A DNA stretch of 64,000 nt from Methylotenera sp. (GTDB lineage Bacteria > Pseudomonadota > Gammaproteobacteria > Burkholderiales > Methylophilaceae), in NCBI GenBank assembly GCA_046594915.1, contig JBKJRC010000014.1, positions 86,245 to 150,244 on the forward strand. The letters are read 5' to 3'. Shown here in pieces: positions 10,603-20,475 of the stretch. Each line of letters starts with the position of its first letter. The stretch's first letter is position 1. A program made the translations under genes and the position numbers. A model generated the notes under the pieces. It was not told where the DNA came from and did no database searches. It was given only the letters and a program-made list of their open reading frames with translations.

Positions 10603-11778
10603 TTGTTAAAAATTCACTTTTTAAACTCCAATAGCTACAAAATAGCCGCCATATCATTTTGGTTTTTAAGCTATTTTTTATTTTCGCATACCCAGCACGT
10701 CATTAATCTTTGTTATGTGTTTTTACTAATTCCTACGCTATTAACCATCCGCTTCGATGAGTTAAAAAAATATTGTTCCATTAAGTTGGTTTTAGTGTTA
10801 ATTGCTTACTTAATCACTACTATCGCAGCTGCCTACCATTCCGGCAGTCCTGCATCTCAAGCTATCTATTGTTTTGTCATTTTTTTATTTTACTTAACGG
10901 TATTTCGCCTGCCAAACCTTAACGTTGGGCAAGAAAATAAGCTGGCTTGGGCTTGGTTTTTAATCGTACTCTTTTACGCCATCTTTAACTTATTTCTATC
11001 ATGGAAATCGGGCATATGGCATTTTGGTGAGAGGCTAATAACATTTTCAGCATTTATTGATAACCCCATTTATGTCGCCGATTTACTCACTATTGGCTTA
11101 GCAATGATTAGTTTTGTCTCTATAAAATCGGGGAAATTTGCAAGTTTAGCTCTGGCGCATGTCATCACATTGTCCATGGGTTTAATCATTTTACAATCTA
11201 GAAGTATGCTACCAGTTTGGTTAGTGATCTGTTTACTAACATTATTGACAGGCTTTTATCAGATTTTCTACAAACATTCCAAGAGCAGTTTTTTGTGGCT
11301 TTTTGTCCCCGCTATCTTGCTGGCTTATATATTACTCTCTGATACTGGTTCTGCCATTTTGGCCCGCGCAGATAGCTATCGTTTTGAGATATGGCAAGGC
11401 TATATCCAAAAAACCATAGAATGTGGCATTGTATTCGGCTGTGGTATGCAAGATGGCATACATTACATTGCACGTGATGGCATCCCTATGGCACATGCGC
11501 ATAATATTTTTGTAGCTAATTTTGCAAAAACGGGGCTGTTAGGTACGGTGTTGTTACTCACCTTAATTGTAAGTGCCTTATTTTATGGCTTTAAAAAAAA
11601 CCAACTGGCAGCTTGGGTTCTGATTGCCGGAGTGACCGCATTGCTATTCGACGGAAGTTCACTGATCAAGAGCCCGAATGAAAGATGGATCTTCATCCAT
11701 CTACCTTTGGCTTATTTAATTAAAAAAATGGTTGAAGAGCAGCAGATTCTAACTGGAAAAAAAATCAATAGCCTTTAG
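10603..11778 (+). CDS. O-antigen ligase family membrane protein
   Basis: Multi-TM hydrophobic protein with QSRS, RFEIW and HAHN motifs typical of WaaL/Wzy_C; TTG start. Confidence 0.8.
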   Translation: MLKIHFLNSNSYKIAAISFWFLSYFLFSHTQHVINLCYVFLLIPTLLTIRFDELKKYCSIKLVLVLIAYLITTIAAAYHSGSPASQAIYCFVIFLFYLTVFRLPNLNVGQENKLAWAWFLIVLFYAIFNLFLSWKSGIWHFGERLITFSAFIDNPIYVADLLTIGLAMISFVSIKSGKFASLALAHVITLSMGLIILQSRSMLPVWLVICLLTLLTGFYQIFYKHSKSSFLWLFVPAILLAYILLSDTGSAILARADSYRFEIWQGYIQKTIECGIVFGCGMQDGIHYIARDGIPMAHAHNIFVANFAKTGLLGTVLLLTLIVSALFYGFKKNQLAAWVLIAGVTALLFDGSSLIKSPNERWIFIHLPLAYLIKKMVEEQQILTGKKINSL

Positions 11779-11802
11779 CCAAGTAATGCATAAAGCAATT
11801 AT

Positions 11803-12666
11803 CTAATTGCACTCAAAGCCAAACTCTGTGATTGAAAATGACTGATTACACGGTTGGGCAAATGTAGTATAGCCGTTTTTCGCCCATAGTTTTTTCCAAC
11901 TGTAAAAATGAAAATACAGGAACTCCAGATTTTCATTGATATCATTTGTAAGTACGCCATTATCCCAAGTCCATTTTTTTGGAAACTGATAACTGCCGTC
12001 AAGCCAAGGAATGCGAGCATTGGGCGTGCTGTAAGCTTCAATAAATTCTGCCCTTTTTAACCACGGGTCAAACATTGCAGCCAACTTTTTGATTAATTCA
12101 GGTGAATTCTTATGCCTTAAAAATAGTTTACTGAAATCTTTTTCATCTATAGCAAAATGTTGCTGTTGGGTAAATTTATGCTGCCAATACGGTATTTTTT
12201 GAAAGGCAAGTTTTAAATCTGCACAGTTGCGAATAAGGCAAAGATGACCAGAAGTTCTAGTTTGATGATTGGAATAAACATCTTTGTGAGCCAGTCTGTC
12301 ATCGGTTAAAAACCTGCGGATGTTGCCATAAATTAAATCGATATCACCATAGCCCCAAAAATCGTAATTGCTTAAATCGTCCTCATGCAGTAAGCCATAT
12401 GCAGGCCTAATATCGCACAGTTTATAGGCATTTAATGGCGTGAAATCTATTGCTAATTTAGCAGAAACAAATTGGCAATAATCATGATAAGAAATAGGTT
12501 TAATCTCAATATTCGGCGGGCAATCATTAATCCATCCGCAATCGGTATAAATCAGCCAATTGACTGTGGGGTTAAATCGACAGCTTTCAATAAAAAAATG
12601 AATCCAGAATGGCCACCGACCAAAATATGTAATGACAATACATATTGACGGGCTTGAACTAGTCAT
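11803..12666 (-). CDS. DUF6625-like protein, putative glycosyltransferase
   Basis: YFGRWPFW, YKLCDIRPAYG and WGYGDIDLIYG motifs recalled from DUF6625; DxD-like DID; last gene of a glycosylation operon. Confidence 0.6.
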   Translation of the reverse strand: MTSSSPSICIVITYFGRWPFWIHFFIESCRFNPTVNWLIYTDCGWINDCPPNIEIKPISYHDYCQFVSAKLAIDFTPLNAYKLCDIRPAYGLLHEDDLSNYDFWGYGDIDLIYGNIRRFLTDDRLAHKDVYSNHQTRTSGHLCLIRNCADLKLAFQKIPYWQHKFTQQQHFAIDEKDFSKLFLRHKNSPELIKKLAAMFDPWLKRAEFIEAYSTPNARIPWLDGSYQFPKKWTWDNGVLTNDINENLEFLYFHFYSWKKLWAKNGYTTFAQPCNQSFSITEFGFECN

Positions 12667-12668
12667 TT

Positions 12669-13766
12669 TTATTTATTTAATACGCTCGATGTGTTGATTA
12701 TTTTCATAAACTGCTCTTTGCCAATTGCATCTGAAAATTGCATTTTTAGCTTAGCGAGCGCAGCTATATTTTTGTGAGTGCTGGCTATATTGATCATTTT
12801 CGATGCTAACTGTTCAACATCTCCAAACTTGAATAATTCGCCAGCACCTTGCACCACTTCTGCCCCGCCACCACAATCACTGCAAATGATAGGCAATTCT
12901 GCCGCCATGGCTTCTAATAAAACCATGCCAAATGGTTCGTTGTCGGATGTTAATACAAACACATCGAATGCATTGAAATATTGTTTTGCATTGGCTACGT
13001 TACCTAAAAACAGCACGCTATTTTCCACAGCCAACGTTTTTGCCAGATATTTTAGTTCCTGCTCCATTGGCCCTGCGCCGATAATTACCAGTAGGTTATG
13101 CCCTCTTAATTTGGGCAATGCTTTGGCAAAGGCTTTAATCAAAGTTAATTGATCTTTATCGTGATGCAATCGACCCACATTGCCAAAAATATTGGCGTCT
13201 AATGGCAGATTGAGTGCTTGTCTAGCAGACTTTCGAGGTAGCAACTGGGCTTGTACATTTGTAATGTCGATGCGGTTATACAAGGTTTGTATGCGTTCAC
13301 TTGGCCAGTTGCTTAAATCGCGCCGCAAATCATCTCGCACGGCATTAGATACGCCCAACATTATAATACGCGTTTGATACCAATCAACTAACAGGCGACG
13401 CGTCCAGCGGCTGTAATCGTTATAGTTGTGATGTACGCTGACAACAGGCAACTGCGTCGCCAGCAACGCCACATAAGTAGACTTAACGCGATGCGCAATG
13501 CAAAAATGAAATAGCTTTTTTTTGGTAATAGCGCGGATTTTTAGAATAGCACCCAGCTTTAAACCGCCAATATCACGGCTTTTGTAACCTAAAAAAATCA
13601 CTTCATCTGATGCACTACCGTCAACTACTGTTTGGCTATATTCGCCCTGCAAATAAACGGTGGTCACTTGATAATTAGTCTGCTTAAATAGCGCAGCATA
13701 TTGCCGCGCACAATCTAAAAAAGGCGGATAGTAGCTGTGGCAAATTTGTAAAACGTGCAATTTCAT
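12669..13766 (-). CDS. Glycosyltransferase family 4 (WapH-like LPS core glucosyltransferase)
   Basis: EPFGMVLLEAM, GNVGRLH; N-terminal LQICHSYYPPFLDCARQY resembles Pseudomonas core GTs as recalled. Confidence 0.85.
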   Translation of the reverse strand: MKLHVLQICHSYYPPFLDCARQYAALFKQTNYQVTTVYLQGEYSQTVVDGSASDEVIFLGYKSRDIGGLKLGAILKIRAITKKKLFHFCIAHRVKSTYVALLATQLPVVSVHHNYNDYSRWTRRLLVDWYQTRIIMLGVSNAVRDDLRRDLSNWPSERIQTLYNRIDITNVQAQLLPRKSARQALNLPLDANIFGNVGRLHHDKDQLTLIKAFAKALPKLRGHNLLVIIGAGPMEQELKYLAKTLAVENSVLFLGNVANAKQYFNAFDVFVLTSDNEPFGMVLLEAMAAELPIICSDCGGGAEVVQGAGELFKFGDVEQLASKMINIASTHKNIAALAKLKMQFSDAIGKEQFMKIINTSSVLNK

Positions 13767-13772
13767 ATTGCC

Positions 13773-14765
13773 TTAAATTTGATAAAATACACGATACCAA
13801 TCAATAAATCTTGCCACACCCGCCTGTAAAGAGGTGATGGGCTTAAATCCAACCCAAGCTTGCAATGCGCTTGTATCGGCAAAAGTGGCTTTTACATCGC
13901 CTGCCTGCATCGGTAAAAATTGTTTTTGGGCTTTTATACCCATCGCGTTTTCTAGTAAAGCAATAAAATCCAGTAGCTTTTCTGGTTGATTATTACCAAT
14001 ATTAAACAGGCGATAAGGTGCGTCTGTATTGGCCTGCAGGCTTGCTGTTGCTGGCTTATCTAGCACACGAATCACACCCTCTACAATGTCATCAATATAG
14101 GTAAAATCGCGCTGCATATCACCATGATTAAATACCTTAATTGGCTTGTTATTCAAAATGGCATCTGCGAATAAAAAGGGTGACATATCTGGCCTACCCC
14201 ATGGTCCGTAGACGGTAAAAAAACGCAGTCCGGTCGTAGGCAAACCATATAAATGACTATAAGTATGCGCCATCAGCTCGTTTGTTTTTTTGGTGGCCGC
14301 ATATAAACTCACCGGGCAATCCACAGCATCAGTTTCTGCAAAGGGCAATTTGGTATTGCCGCCATACACGCTAGACGAGCTGGCATACACCAGATGCCGC
14401 GGTTTAACGGCTCGGCAACCTTCTAAAACATTGGTGAAAGCAACGATATTACTGCTGATATAAGCATGCGGATTTTGCAGTGAGTAGCGCACGCCTGCCT
14501 GTGCTGCCAGATGAATAACAGCCTCTGGTTTAGTATGTATAAACAAACTGGCGGTTGGCGATTCCTCTGCTAAATCCAGCTTAATAAATTTAAAGTTGTC
14601 TGAATTGGTATGTGCATAAATTGAATCTAGTCTTGCCTGCTTAAGCTTAACGTCATAATAATCATTTAGACTATCCACGCCAATAACCGTATCACCGCGC
14701 GCTAATAAACGCATAGCAACATGGTAGCCAATAAACCCTGCAACGCCTGTCAGCAACACTTTCAT
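13773..14765 (-). CDS. NAD-dependent epimerase, probable UDP-glucuronate 4-epimerase
   Basis: [49 protein letters not shown]; directly downstream of ugd. Confidence 0.88.
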   Translation of the reverse strand: MKVLLTGVAGFIGYHVAMRLLARGDTVIGVDSLNDYYDVKLKQARLDSIYAHTNSDNFKFIKLDLAEESPTASLFIHTKPEAVIHLAAQAGVRYSLQNPHAYISSNIVAFTNVLEGCRAVKPRHLVYASSSSVYGGNTKLPFAETDAVDCPVSLYAATKKTNELMAHTYSHLYGLPTTGLRFFTVYGPWGRPDMSPFLFADAILNNKPIKVFNHGDMQRDFTYIDDIVEGVIRVLDKPATASLQANTDAPYRLFNIGNNQPEKLLDFIALLENAMGIKAQKQFLPMQAGDVKATFADTSALQAWVGFKPITSLQAGVARFIDWYRVFYQI

Positions 14766-14767
14766 CG

Positions 14768-16102
14768 CTAATTTGCTTGCGTTAAACGTCCAATTGGTCG
14801 ATAGATAATGCCTGCATTGTTTACTGCTTGCGGATCATATAGATTGCGTCCATCAAAAATAATGCTGGCTTTAAGTTTTTGTTTAATCTGAGAAAAATCC
14901 TGGCTTCTAAACTCTTTCCACTCGGTCACAATCACCAAAGCGTCGGCATTTTCTAAAGCTAAACTTGGGCTTTGTGCAAAACTTAACCCTTTTTTTTGTT
15001 TAAAAATACGTTTTGCCTCATCAATGGCGACCGGGTCATAAGCGTTTACTGTGGCACCCGATTCCAATAAATCGTGAATCAGCACGCGGCTGGTCGCTTC
15101 ACGCATATCATCAGTGTTGGGTTTAAAAGCCAATCCCCAAACAGCAAAATGTTTGCCCGCCAAGTCTTCTCCAAAATGCTGCTTGATTTTTTGTGTCAGT
15201 ACTTGTTTTTGCAAATTATTGGCGGCTTCCACGGCATTCAGTACTTTTAAATCGCAGTGGTGATGTTTGGCTGTTTTAATCAGCGCTTTTACGTCTTTGG
15301 GAAAACAGGAACCGCCATAGCCGCAGCCTGCATACAAAAAATCGTAGCCAATGCGCGGGTCGGAACCGATGCCCTTACGCACCGATTCAATATCGGCACC
15401 CAAAATTTCGGCTAAATTCGCCAGCTCGTTCATAAAACTAATGCGCGTCGCCAGCATGGCATTGGCAGCGTATTTGGTCAGTTCTGCTGAACGAATATCC
15501 ATGATCACCAAACGATCATGATTGCGTTGAAATGGCGCATACAAACTGCGCATTAACGTTTTACTTAACGTATCTTCTGCACCAATAATGATGCGGTCTG
15601 GGCGCATAAAATCCTCAACGGCAGCACCTTCTTTTAAAAACTCTGGGTTTGAAACCACACTATAGGTAATATCTAGCTGTCGTTTTGCTAACTCTTCTGC
15701 AATCGCGGCTTTCACTTTGTCGGCGGTGCCAACTGGCACGGTGGATTTATCGACAATCACTTTGTGATCTGTCATGTATTGGCCGATACTTCTGGCGGCA
15801 GCCACCACATGTTGCAAATCGGCAGAACCATCTTCATCGGGAGGCGTGCCGACTGCAATAAATTGTACCTCGCCAAAATCGACCGCCATTGCAATATCGG
15901 TGGTAAATTTTAAGCGTCCAGCCGCCACGTTTCGCCGCACAATCTCCAGCAAACCAGGCTCGTGAATCGGAATACCTCCGTCTTTCAGTATTTTAATTTT
16001 AGCTGGGTCTACATCCAGACAAAGCACATTATTCCCCACTTCAGCCATGCAAGCACCGCTGACCAAACCCACATAGCCTGTGCCTACAACGGTTATCTTC
16101 AT
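14768..16102 (-). CDS. ugd: UDP-glucose 6-dehydrogenase
   Basis: [46 protein letters not shown]. Confidence 0.95.
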   Translation of the reverse strand: MKITVVGTGYVGLVSGACMAEVGNNVLCLDVDPAKIKILKDGGIPIHEPGLLEIVRRNVAAGRLKFTTDIAMAVDFGEVQFIAVGTPPDEDGSADLQHVVAAARSIGQYMTDHKVIVDKSTVPVGTADKVKAAIAEELAKRQLDITYSVVSNPEFLKEGAAVEDFMRPDRIIIGAEDTLSKTLMRSLYAPFQRNHDRLVIMDIRSAELTKYAANAMLATRISFMNELANLAEILGADIESVRKGIGSDPRIGYDFLYAGCGYGGSCFPKDVKALIKTAKHHHCDLKVLNAVEAANNLQKQVLTQKIKQHFGEDLAGKHFAVWGLAFKPNTDDMREATSRVLIHDLLESGATVNAYDPVAIDEAKRIFKQKKGLSFAQSPSLALENADALVIVTEWKEFRSQDFSQIKQKLKASIIFDGRNLYDPQAVNNAGIIYRPIGRLTQAN

Positions 16103-16141
16103 TTTTTAATTCTCATTATTTAACGATTTAATGGCAACAAA

Positions 16142-17602
16142 TTAACGGGCTGTGCATACCTGACCAAAACCATAAATAGTTAAGGTTTTATGCTGCTTTA
16201 AATAAGGGTTAAACTGTTTTACTGTACAGCCTGCCAGCGGTTCAACAGCAGATTTTTCATCATCTTCGGCTAATACAAAAAACGATTTTGCCGCCTTTTT
16301 GGCTTGTTTAAGCATGCTTTCATCCAATATCTTGATCGGTTTATCGGCATAATAAACCAATCGGCTGTCAACATCTTGGTAGGCGTACAAATCCTGCGGA
16401 TGACTGGCCACCCAAGCACTAAAATTTGGATACATCGCTACGCGATAGGCAAATAACTTGGGTTCTAGCAAGATGTAAAAAACCGCAAAACCAACAGGTA
16501 ACAACAGGCCAATTATAACGATTGTTTTTTTAATGCTTTCTTTTGCGTTATGCATGATCGCGCTGGTTTTATTTGCCAGTAAAATCGCAATAAAAGGGTA
16601 AATTGGCAGTAAATATTTTTCGTGCTTATTGCTAAACAATGAAAATATAATCAATGGCACCATTACTGCCATTGATAGTACAAGTTTTTCAGGCTGCTGT
16701 GCAAGTTTAGCTAGCCATAATTTAGCTTGTGATAACGTCAAGTGATCTCGAAATGATGTCTTGGTTTTTACCAAAAACAAACCGATTAACAGCATAAAAT
16801 CGACTATAATCCAGCCCAAATAGCTTAGTAGCGGTTTTGCACTAGCACTTTGCATTTTTTCCAGCATATCGTGCTTAGCAACGGTTGACCAAATATCAAA
16901 GCCTAATTGCCAGGTGACAAGCGCATACCAGGCTAACCCCACTACCAGAAAAATTAACCAGCCATGCCAACTTAATAGCAGGGTTTTTAATGCTGGATTT
17001 TTGCTTAAGATAGCAGCAATCAACAAAGGCAATGTTACCAGTAATAACACGACAGGGCCTTTGGTCATCAACGCCAAAGCCAACAAAAAGTAGCTAAAAT
17101 AAATCCAGTTTTTGTTAGATGGATGCTGCAAGTATTGAACAGCCGATAAAATTGCGCCCACACAAAGGGAGGTTAATAACATCTCAATTTCTGCACGGCG
17201 GCCCAGCATGGTAAAACCAATATTCGCCATTAACAATTGTATTGAATATAGTGCTGCCCAACGCTCTGATTGCTGGAATGTGTAGCAATAAACCATAATC
17301 AACACAGCCAATGCGGCTAGCGCGGATGGTAAACGCAGTGTCCATTCGTTGATGCCGCCAATTAAGGCAAAGCCAGACGCAAGCCAATACAGCAAAGGCG
17401 GTTTGGTTAAATAGAGTGCGCCGTTTAAATGTGGCAGTAGCCAATCGCCAGATGACACCATTTCTTTAGTGGATAATGCGCGCCGGCCTTCGTTAAGCGA
17501 CATTAAATCGATGCTGCCCAAACCCCAAAAAAATATCAATAACGCGAAAAAAATGGTAAGTGATAGCAGGGCTGGATAAGCTTTGTTTAGATCGCGCAAC
17601 AT
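16142..17602 (-). CDS. ArnT/PMT-family (GT-C) polyprenyl-phosphate-sugar transferase
   Basis: NEGRRA, PHLNGALYLTKPPLLYW, RLPSAL, LALMTKGPV; multi-TM. Confidence 0.88.
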   Translation of the reverse strand: MLRDLNKAYPALLSLTIFFALLIFFWGLGSIDLMSLNEGRRALSTKEMVSSGDWLLPHLNGALYLTKPPLLYWLASGFALIGGINEWTLRLPSALAALAVLIMVYCYTFQQSERWAALYSIQLLMANIGFTMLGRRAEIEMLLTSLCVGAILSAVQYLQHPSNKNWIYFSYFLLALALMTKGPVVLLLVTLPLLIAAILSKNPALKTLLLSWHGWLIFLVVGLAWYALVTWQLGFDIWSTVAKHDMLEKMQSASAKPLLSYLGWIIVDFMLLIGLFLVKTKTSFRDHLTLSQAKLWLAKLAQQPEKLVLSMAVMVPLIIFSLFSNKHEKYLLPIYPFIAILLANKTSAIMHNAKESIKKTIVIIGLLLPVGFAVFYILLEPKLFAYRVAMYPNFSAWVASHPQDLYAYQDVDSRLVYYADKPIKILDESMLKQAKKAAKSFFVLAEDDEKSAVEPLAGCTVKQFNPYLKQHKTLTIYGFGQVCTAR

Positions 17603-17645
17603 ATTGAATTATGATAATTTTTATATTTACAGTGTGGTTTTATAT

Positions 17646-17972
17646 TTATTTGCGCCTAAGCAGCATTAAGTTACGCGAATATACTAATGTTCCTGGCAAT
17701 TGACCTAAAATAATGACTGGATCGAGTTTATGGATTCCATAGGCAAGCACAATCAAGCCGCCAGACAGACTTAAATACCAAAAACTCACAGGAATCAAGC
17801 TTTGCCCATGGCGCTCGCTGTGTATCCATTGCACAATAAAGCGCATCATAAACAAACATTGCCCCAGCAAACCAATGCCAAGCCACGCCAGATCGATACC
17901 AGGCATGCCAACAAAATAATGCCTTAGCGATGCGATTAGGTGCCCTAAAAAGTAACCGATGCCATGATCCAT
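17646..17972 (-). CDS. Lipid-A-disaccharide synthase N-terminal (LAB_N) domain membrane protein
   Basis: GLLGQCLFMMRFIVQWIHSERHGQSLIPVSFWYLSLSGG...DPVIILGQ...YSRNL. Confidence 0.85.
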   Translation of the reverse strand: MDHGIGYFLGHLIASLRHYFVGMPGIDLAWLGIGLLGQCLFMMRFIVQWIHSERHGQSLIPVSFWYLSLSGGLIVLAYGIHKLDPVIILGQLPGTLVYSRNLMLLRRK

Positions 17973-17999
17973 TTTATTTGATCAACTTATTATTGTTAG

Positions 18000-18716
18000 T
18001 TAGTTATCTTGGTTGATAATTGGGATTTTAGCGCGTTTTTGCAACCACGCAACGCCAAACAAATCCACAACTCCCACCATCAACCTATCCAGCGTTCCGT
18101 AGTTGGATTTTCCGTGCTCGCGATTGCGATGCGTGACTGGCACCGACACAATTTTACCGCCGCGACGCTTGATGAGCGCGGGTAAAAAACGGTGCATATG
18201 ATCAAAATAAGGTAAATCTAAAAAGGCCTCGCGCTTAAATAGCTTAAGGCCACAACCCGTATCGGGCGTATCGTCATTGAGCATTTTGGCACGTACCGTG
18301 TTGGCAACAACCGATGAAATGCGCTTAATCCAAGTATCGCGCCGGCTTGCACGCCGATTTCCACCTGCTAGTTCAATATCATCAGTTACCGCAGCCATCA
18401 ACTTTAAAATATCTGCAGGGTTGTTTTGGCCATCCCCATCCAAAGTTGCTACCCATGCATATTGCGCGGCTTTTACGCCTGTGCGTACCGCCGCACTTTG
18501 CCCGCAACTTTGTGCATGGCGCACAATTTTCAATTGGTTATATTGCGTTTGCAGTAACTTAAGCTGGCTGTAAGTGTTATCTGAACTGCCATCATCCACA
18601 TAAATAATCTCATGCGTCACCTGTTGCAAGGCCACATTAATTTCACCAATCAAGCTGGCAACATTGCCCTCTTCGTTGCGCACTGGCACTACAACCGATA
18701 ATTGATTGATTAACAT
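18000..18716 (-). CDS. Glycosyltransferase family 2, polyprenol-phosphate glycosyltransferase (ArnC/RgtE-like)
   Basis: VVPVRNE, VDDGSSD, GQSAA, LDGDGQNNP, DTGCGLK, FDHMHRFLP. Confidence 0.9.
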   Translation of the reverse strand: MLINQLSVVVPVRNEEGNVASLIGEINVALQQVTHEIIYVDDGSSDNTYSQLKLLQTQYNQLKIVRHAQSCGQSAAVRTGVKAAQYAWVATLDGDGQNNPADILKLMAAVTDDIELAGGNRRASRRDTWIKRISSVVANTVRAKMLNDDTPDTGCGLKLFKREAFLDLPYFDHMHRFLPALIKRRGGKIVSVPVTHRNREHGKSNYGTLDRLMVGVVDLFGVAWLQKRAKIPIINQDN

Positions 18717-18725
18717 AATGTTATT

Positions 18726-19397
18726 TTATATGGCTTTAGCCAATAGTTGAGCAATATTATCGCGCACCACAATCTGGTGCTGCTTGCAGTAATGTTGCCA
18801 GGCGTCCACTTCAGTCCAATCGCTGACAAAAATAAAATCCAACCCTGCTGCAGTCGATGCCTCATGATCATATTTGCTGTCACCAATAAATAAAGCCGGC
18901 TGCTTGATATTGCCATTGGCTTTTTCACGCGCCAAAACCGTGTCTTTGTTATCTGGGCTGCCAAACAAGCCGCCATCGAACAAGTCGCTTAAATTGCGCT
19001 TGGCAAATAAATCACGGATTTCCTGCTGATCTCCACCAGACAATATGATCCAATTCGCATCTGAAGTCGCATCGCGTAACTGTTGCAAGCCTTCTGCAAT
19101 GGCGCATTGCATCAAGCCAACTTCTAATTCACGGCTGAATCCATCCAGCAAATCTTGTACAGCTTTTTCAGTGACTGGCTGCTTTAATACCTCGCGTACA
19201 TACCAATCAAACTTGTGATAGCGCGAAATTCCGCCTAATTTCACATGATAATCCACCAGCGCTTGCGCCTGCGCATCGGTGGCGCCCAAGTTTTTAGCGG
19301 TGCGAAAGTAGGCTTGCGTTTTCACCACATTTGAATCCAGTATCACACCATCGCAATCGAACACGATGGTCTTATATTTTTTTAAATCAATTTGCAA
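18726..19397 (-). CDS. HAD-superfamily hydrolase (subfamily IA)
   Basis: FDCDGVILDS motif I, LSGG, IGDSKYD; TTG start. Confidence 0.88.
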   Translation of the reverse strand: MQIDLKKYKTIVFDCDGVILDSNVVKTQAYFRTAKNLGATDAQAQALVDYHVKLGGISRYHKFDWYVREVLKQPVTEKAVQDLLDGFSRELEVGLMQCAIAEGLQQLRDATSDANWIILSGGDQQEIRDLFAKRNLSDLFDGGLFGSPDNKDTVLAREKANGNIKQPALFIGDSKYDHEASTAAGLDFIFVSDWTEVDAWQHYCKQHQIVVRDNIAQLLAKAI

Positions 19398-19561
19398 ACA
19401 GATTTCCTCACTTAAATTTCATTCGAATATTTCATTCAAAGATTTTCATTCAAATTTTATAATGCATAACTTTGTGTTGATTTAGCATCAGTTAAATTGC
19501 TACTTAACACTATTTTGGGCTTAATAAATTTTTGGGTTTAAATAAGAAGTTATTACCCAAT

Positions 19562-19591
19562 AAAAAAGGGTTTGTGTTAAACACAAACCCT
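19562..19591 (-). terminator. Rho-independent terminator after eda
   Basis: Perfect 11-bp inverted repeat AGGGTTTGTGT-taa-ACACAAACCCT with A-run at 19562-19567 (U-tract on minus strand). Confidence 0.85.
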
Positions 19592-19612
19592 AATTTTAGC
19601 GCAACAAGCAAT

Positions 19613-20242
19613 TTATGCTGGTTTAATTGCGCTGGCTTCTATGGCTAATTTAGTGATATACGCCCAATCTTTACGCGAAACTGCATCGGCTGGGGTTAAC
19701 CATGTACCGCCACAAACCACCACATTGGACAGGCTTAAAAATTGTGGTGCAGAGTCAACCGTTACGCCACCTGTTGGGCAAAATTTCACATCGCCAAATG
19801 GCCCTGCAAAGCCTTTAAGCAAATTGATCCCGCCAACCGCAACCGCTGGAAACAGTTTTAAGAAAAAGTAATCATCGGCATTGGCTGTCATGATTTCTGA
19901 GCCTGTAGAAACGCCTGGCAATAATGGCAAACCGATTTTACGCGCAAACTGCCCTAGCTCGGTTGTATAACCTGGGCTTACTGCAAATTTACAACCTGCA
20001 TCTAATGAGGCTTGCGCATCTTTTAAACTGCGTACAGTGCCTGAACCTAAAATCGCATCGGGTACGTGTTTGGCAATTTGCTCCATTGCTTGCAATGCGC
20101 AAGATGAACGCAACGTCACTTCTAAAACCCGAATACCGCCTGCTAATAAAGCCTCTGCCATTGGCACAGCATCTTCCACATTATTAATCACGATTACGGG
20201 AATGACTGGGCCTTCTTTTGCTAAATCTAATGTGTTAATCAT
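19613..20242 (-). CDS. eda: KDPG/KHG aldolase
   Basis: LEVTLR, GSGTV, SPG, KLFPA, CPTGGV motifs. Confidence 0.96.
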   Translation of the reverse strand: MINTLDLAKEGPVIPVIVINNVEDAVPMAEALLAGGIRVLEVTLRSSCALQAMEQIAKHVPDAILGSGTVRSLKDAQASLDAGCKFAVSPGYTTELGQFARKIGLPLLPGVSTGSEIMTANADDYFFLKLFPAVAVGGINLLKGFAGPFGDVKFCPTGGVTVDSAPQFLSLSNVVVCGGTWLTPADAVSRKDWAYITKLAIEASAIKPA

Positions 20243-20355
20243 ACTTTTACCTATTATTGAAAATAATTCATGTGAGGGATTTTACCCTTTCCCTTTAAGG
20301 GTGAGGGAACTTGATTTGTTCACTAAGCGGCTTTAAGCAATAATCGAAACTACAA

Positions 20356-20474
20356 GAAAATTAAAAGCCTAGGTAAGACTAGGCGCAAAATAAAAATTGA
20401 GTGCAGCATACATTTAGTATGTAAGCGAAGATTTTTATTTTGCAACGACGTATTACGACGGCGTTTTAGTTTTC
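20356..20474. mobile_element. ERIC-like miniature inverted-repeat element, copy 1 (edd-eda intergenic)
   Basis: Imperfect terminal IR GAAAATTAAAAGCC / GGCGTTTTAGTTTTC; perfect 13-bp internal IR GCAAAATAAAAAT / ATTTTTATTTTGC; central TACAT-ttagt-ATGTA; shares AGACTAGGCGC and GCAACrACGTATkACGAC with 41355-41459. Confidence 0.6.
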
Positions 20475-20475
20475 T

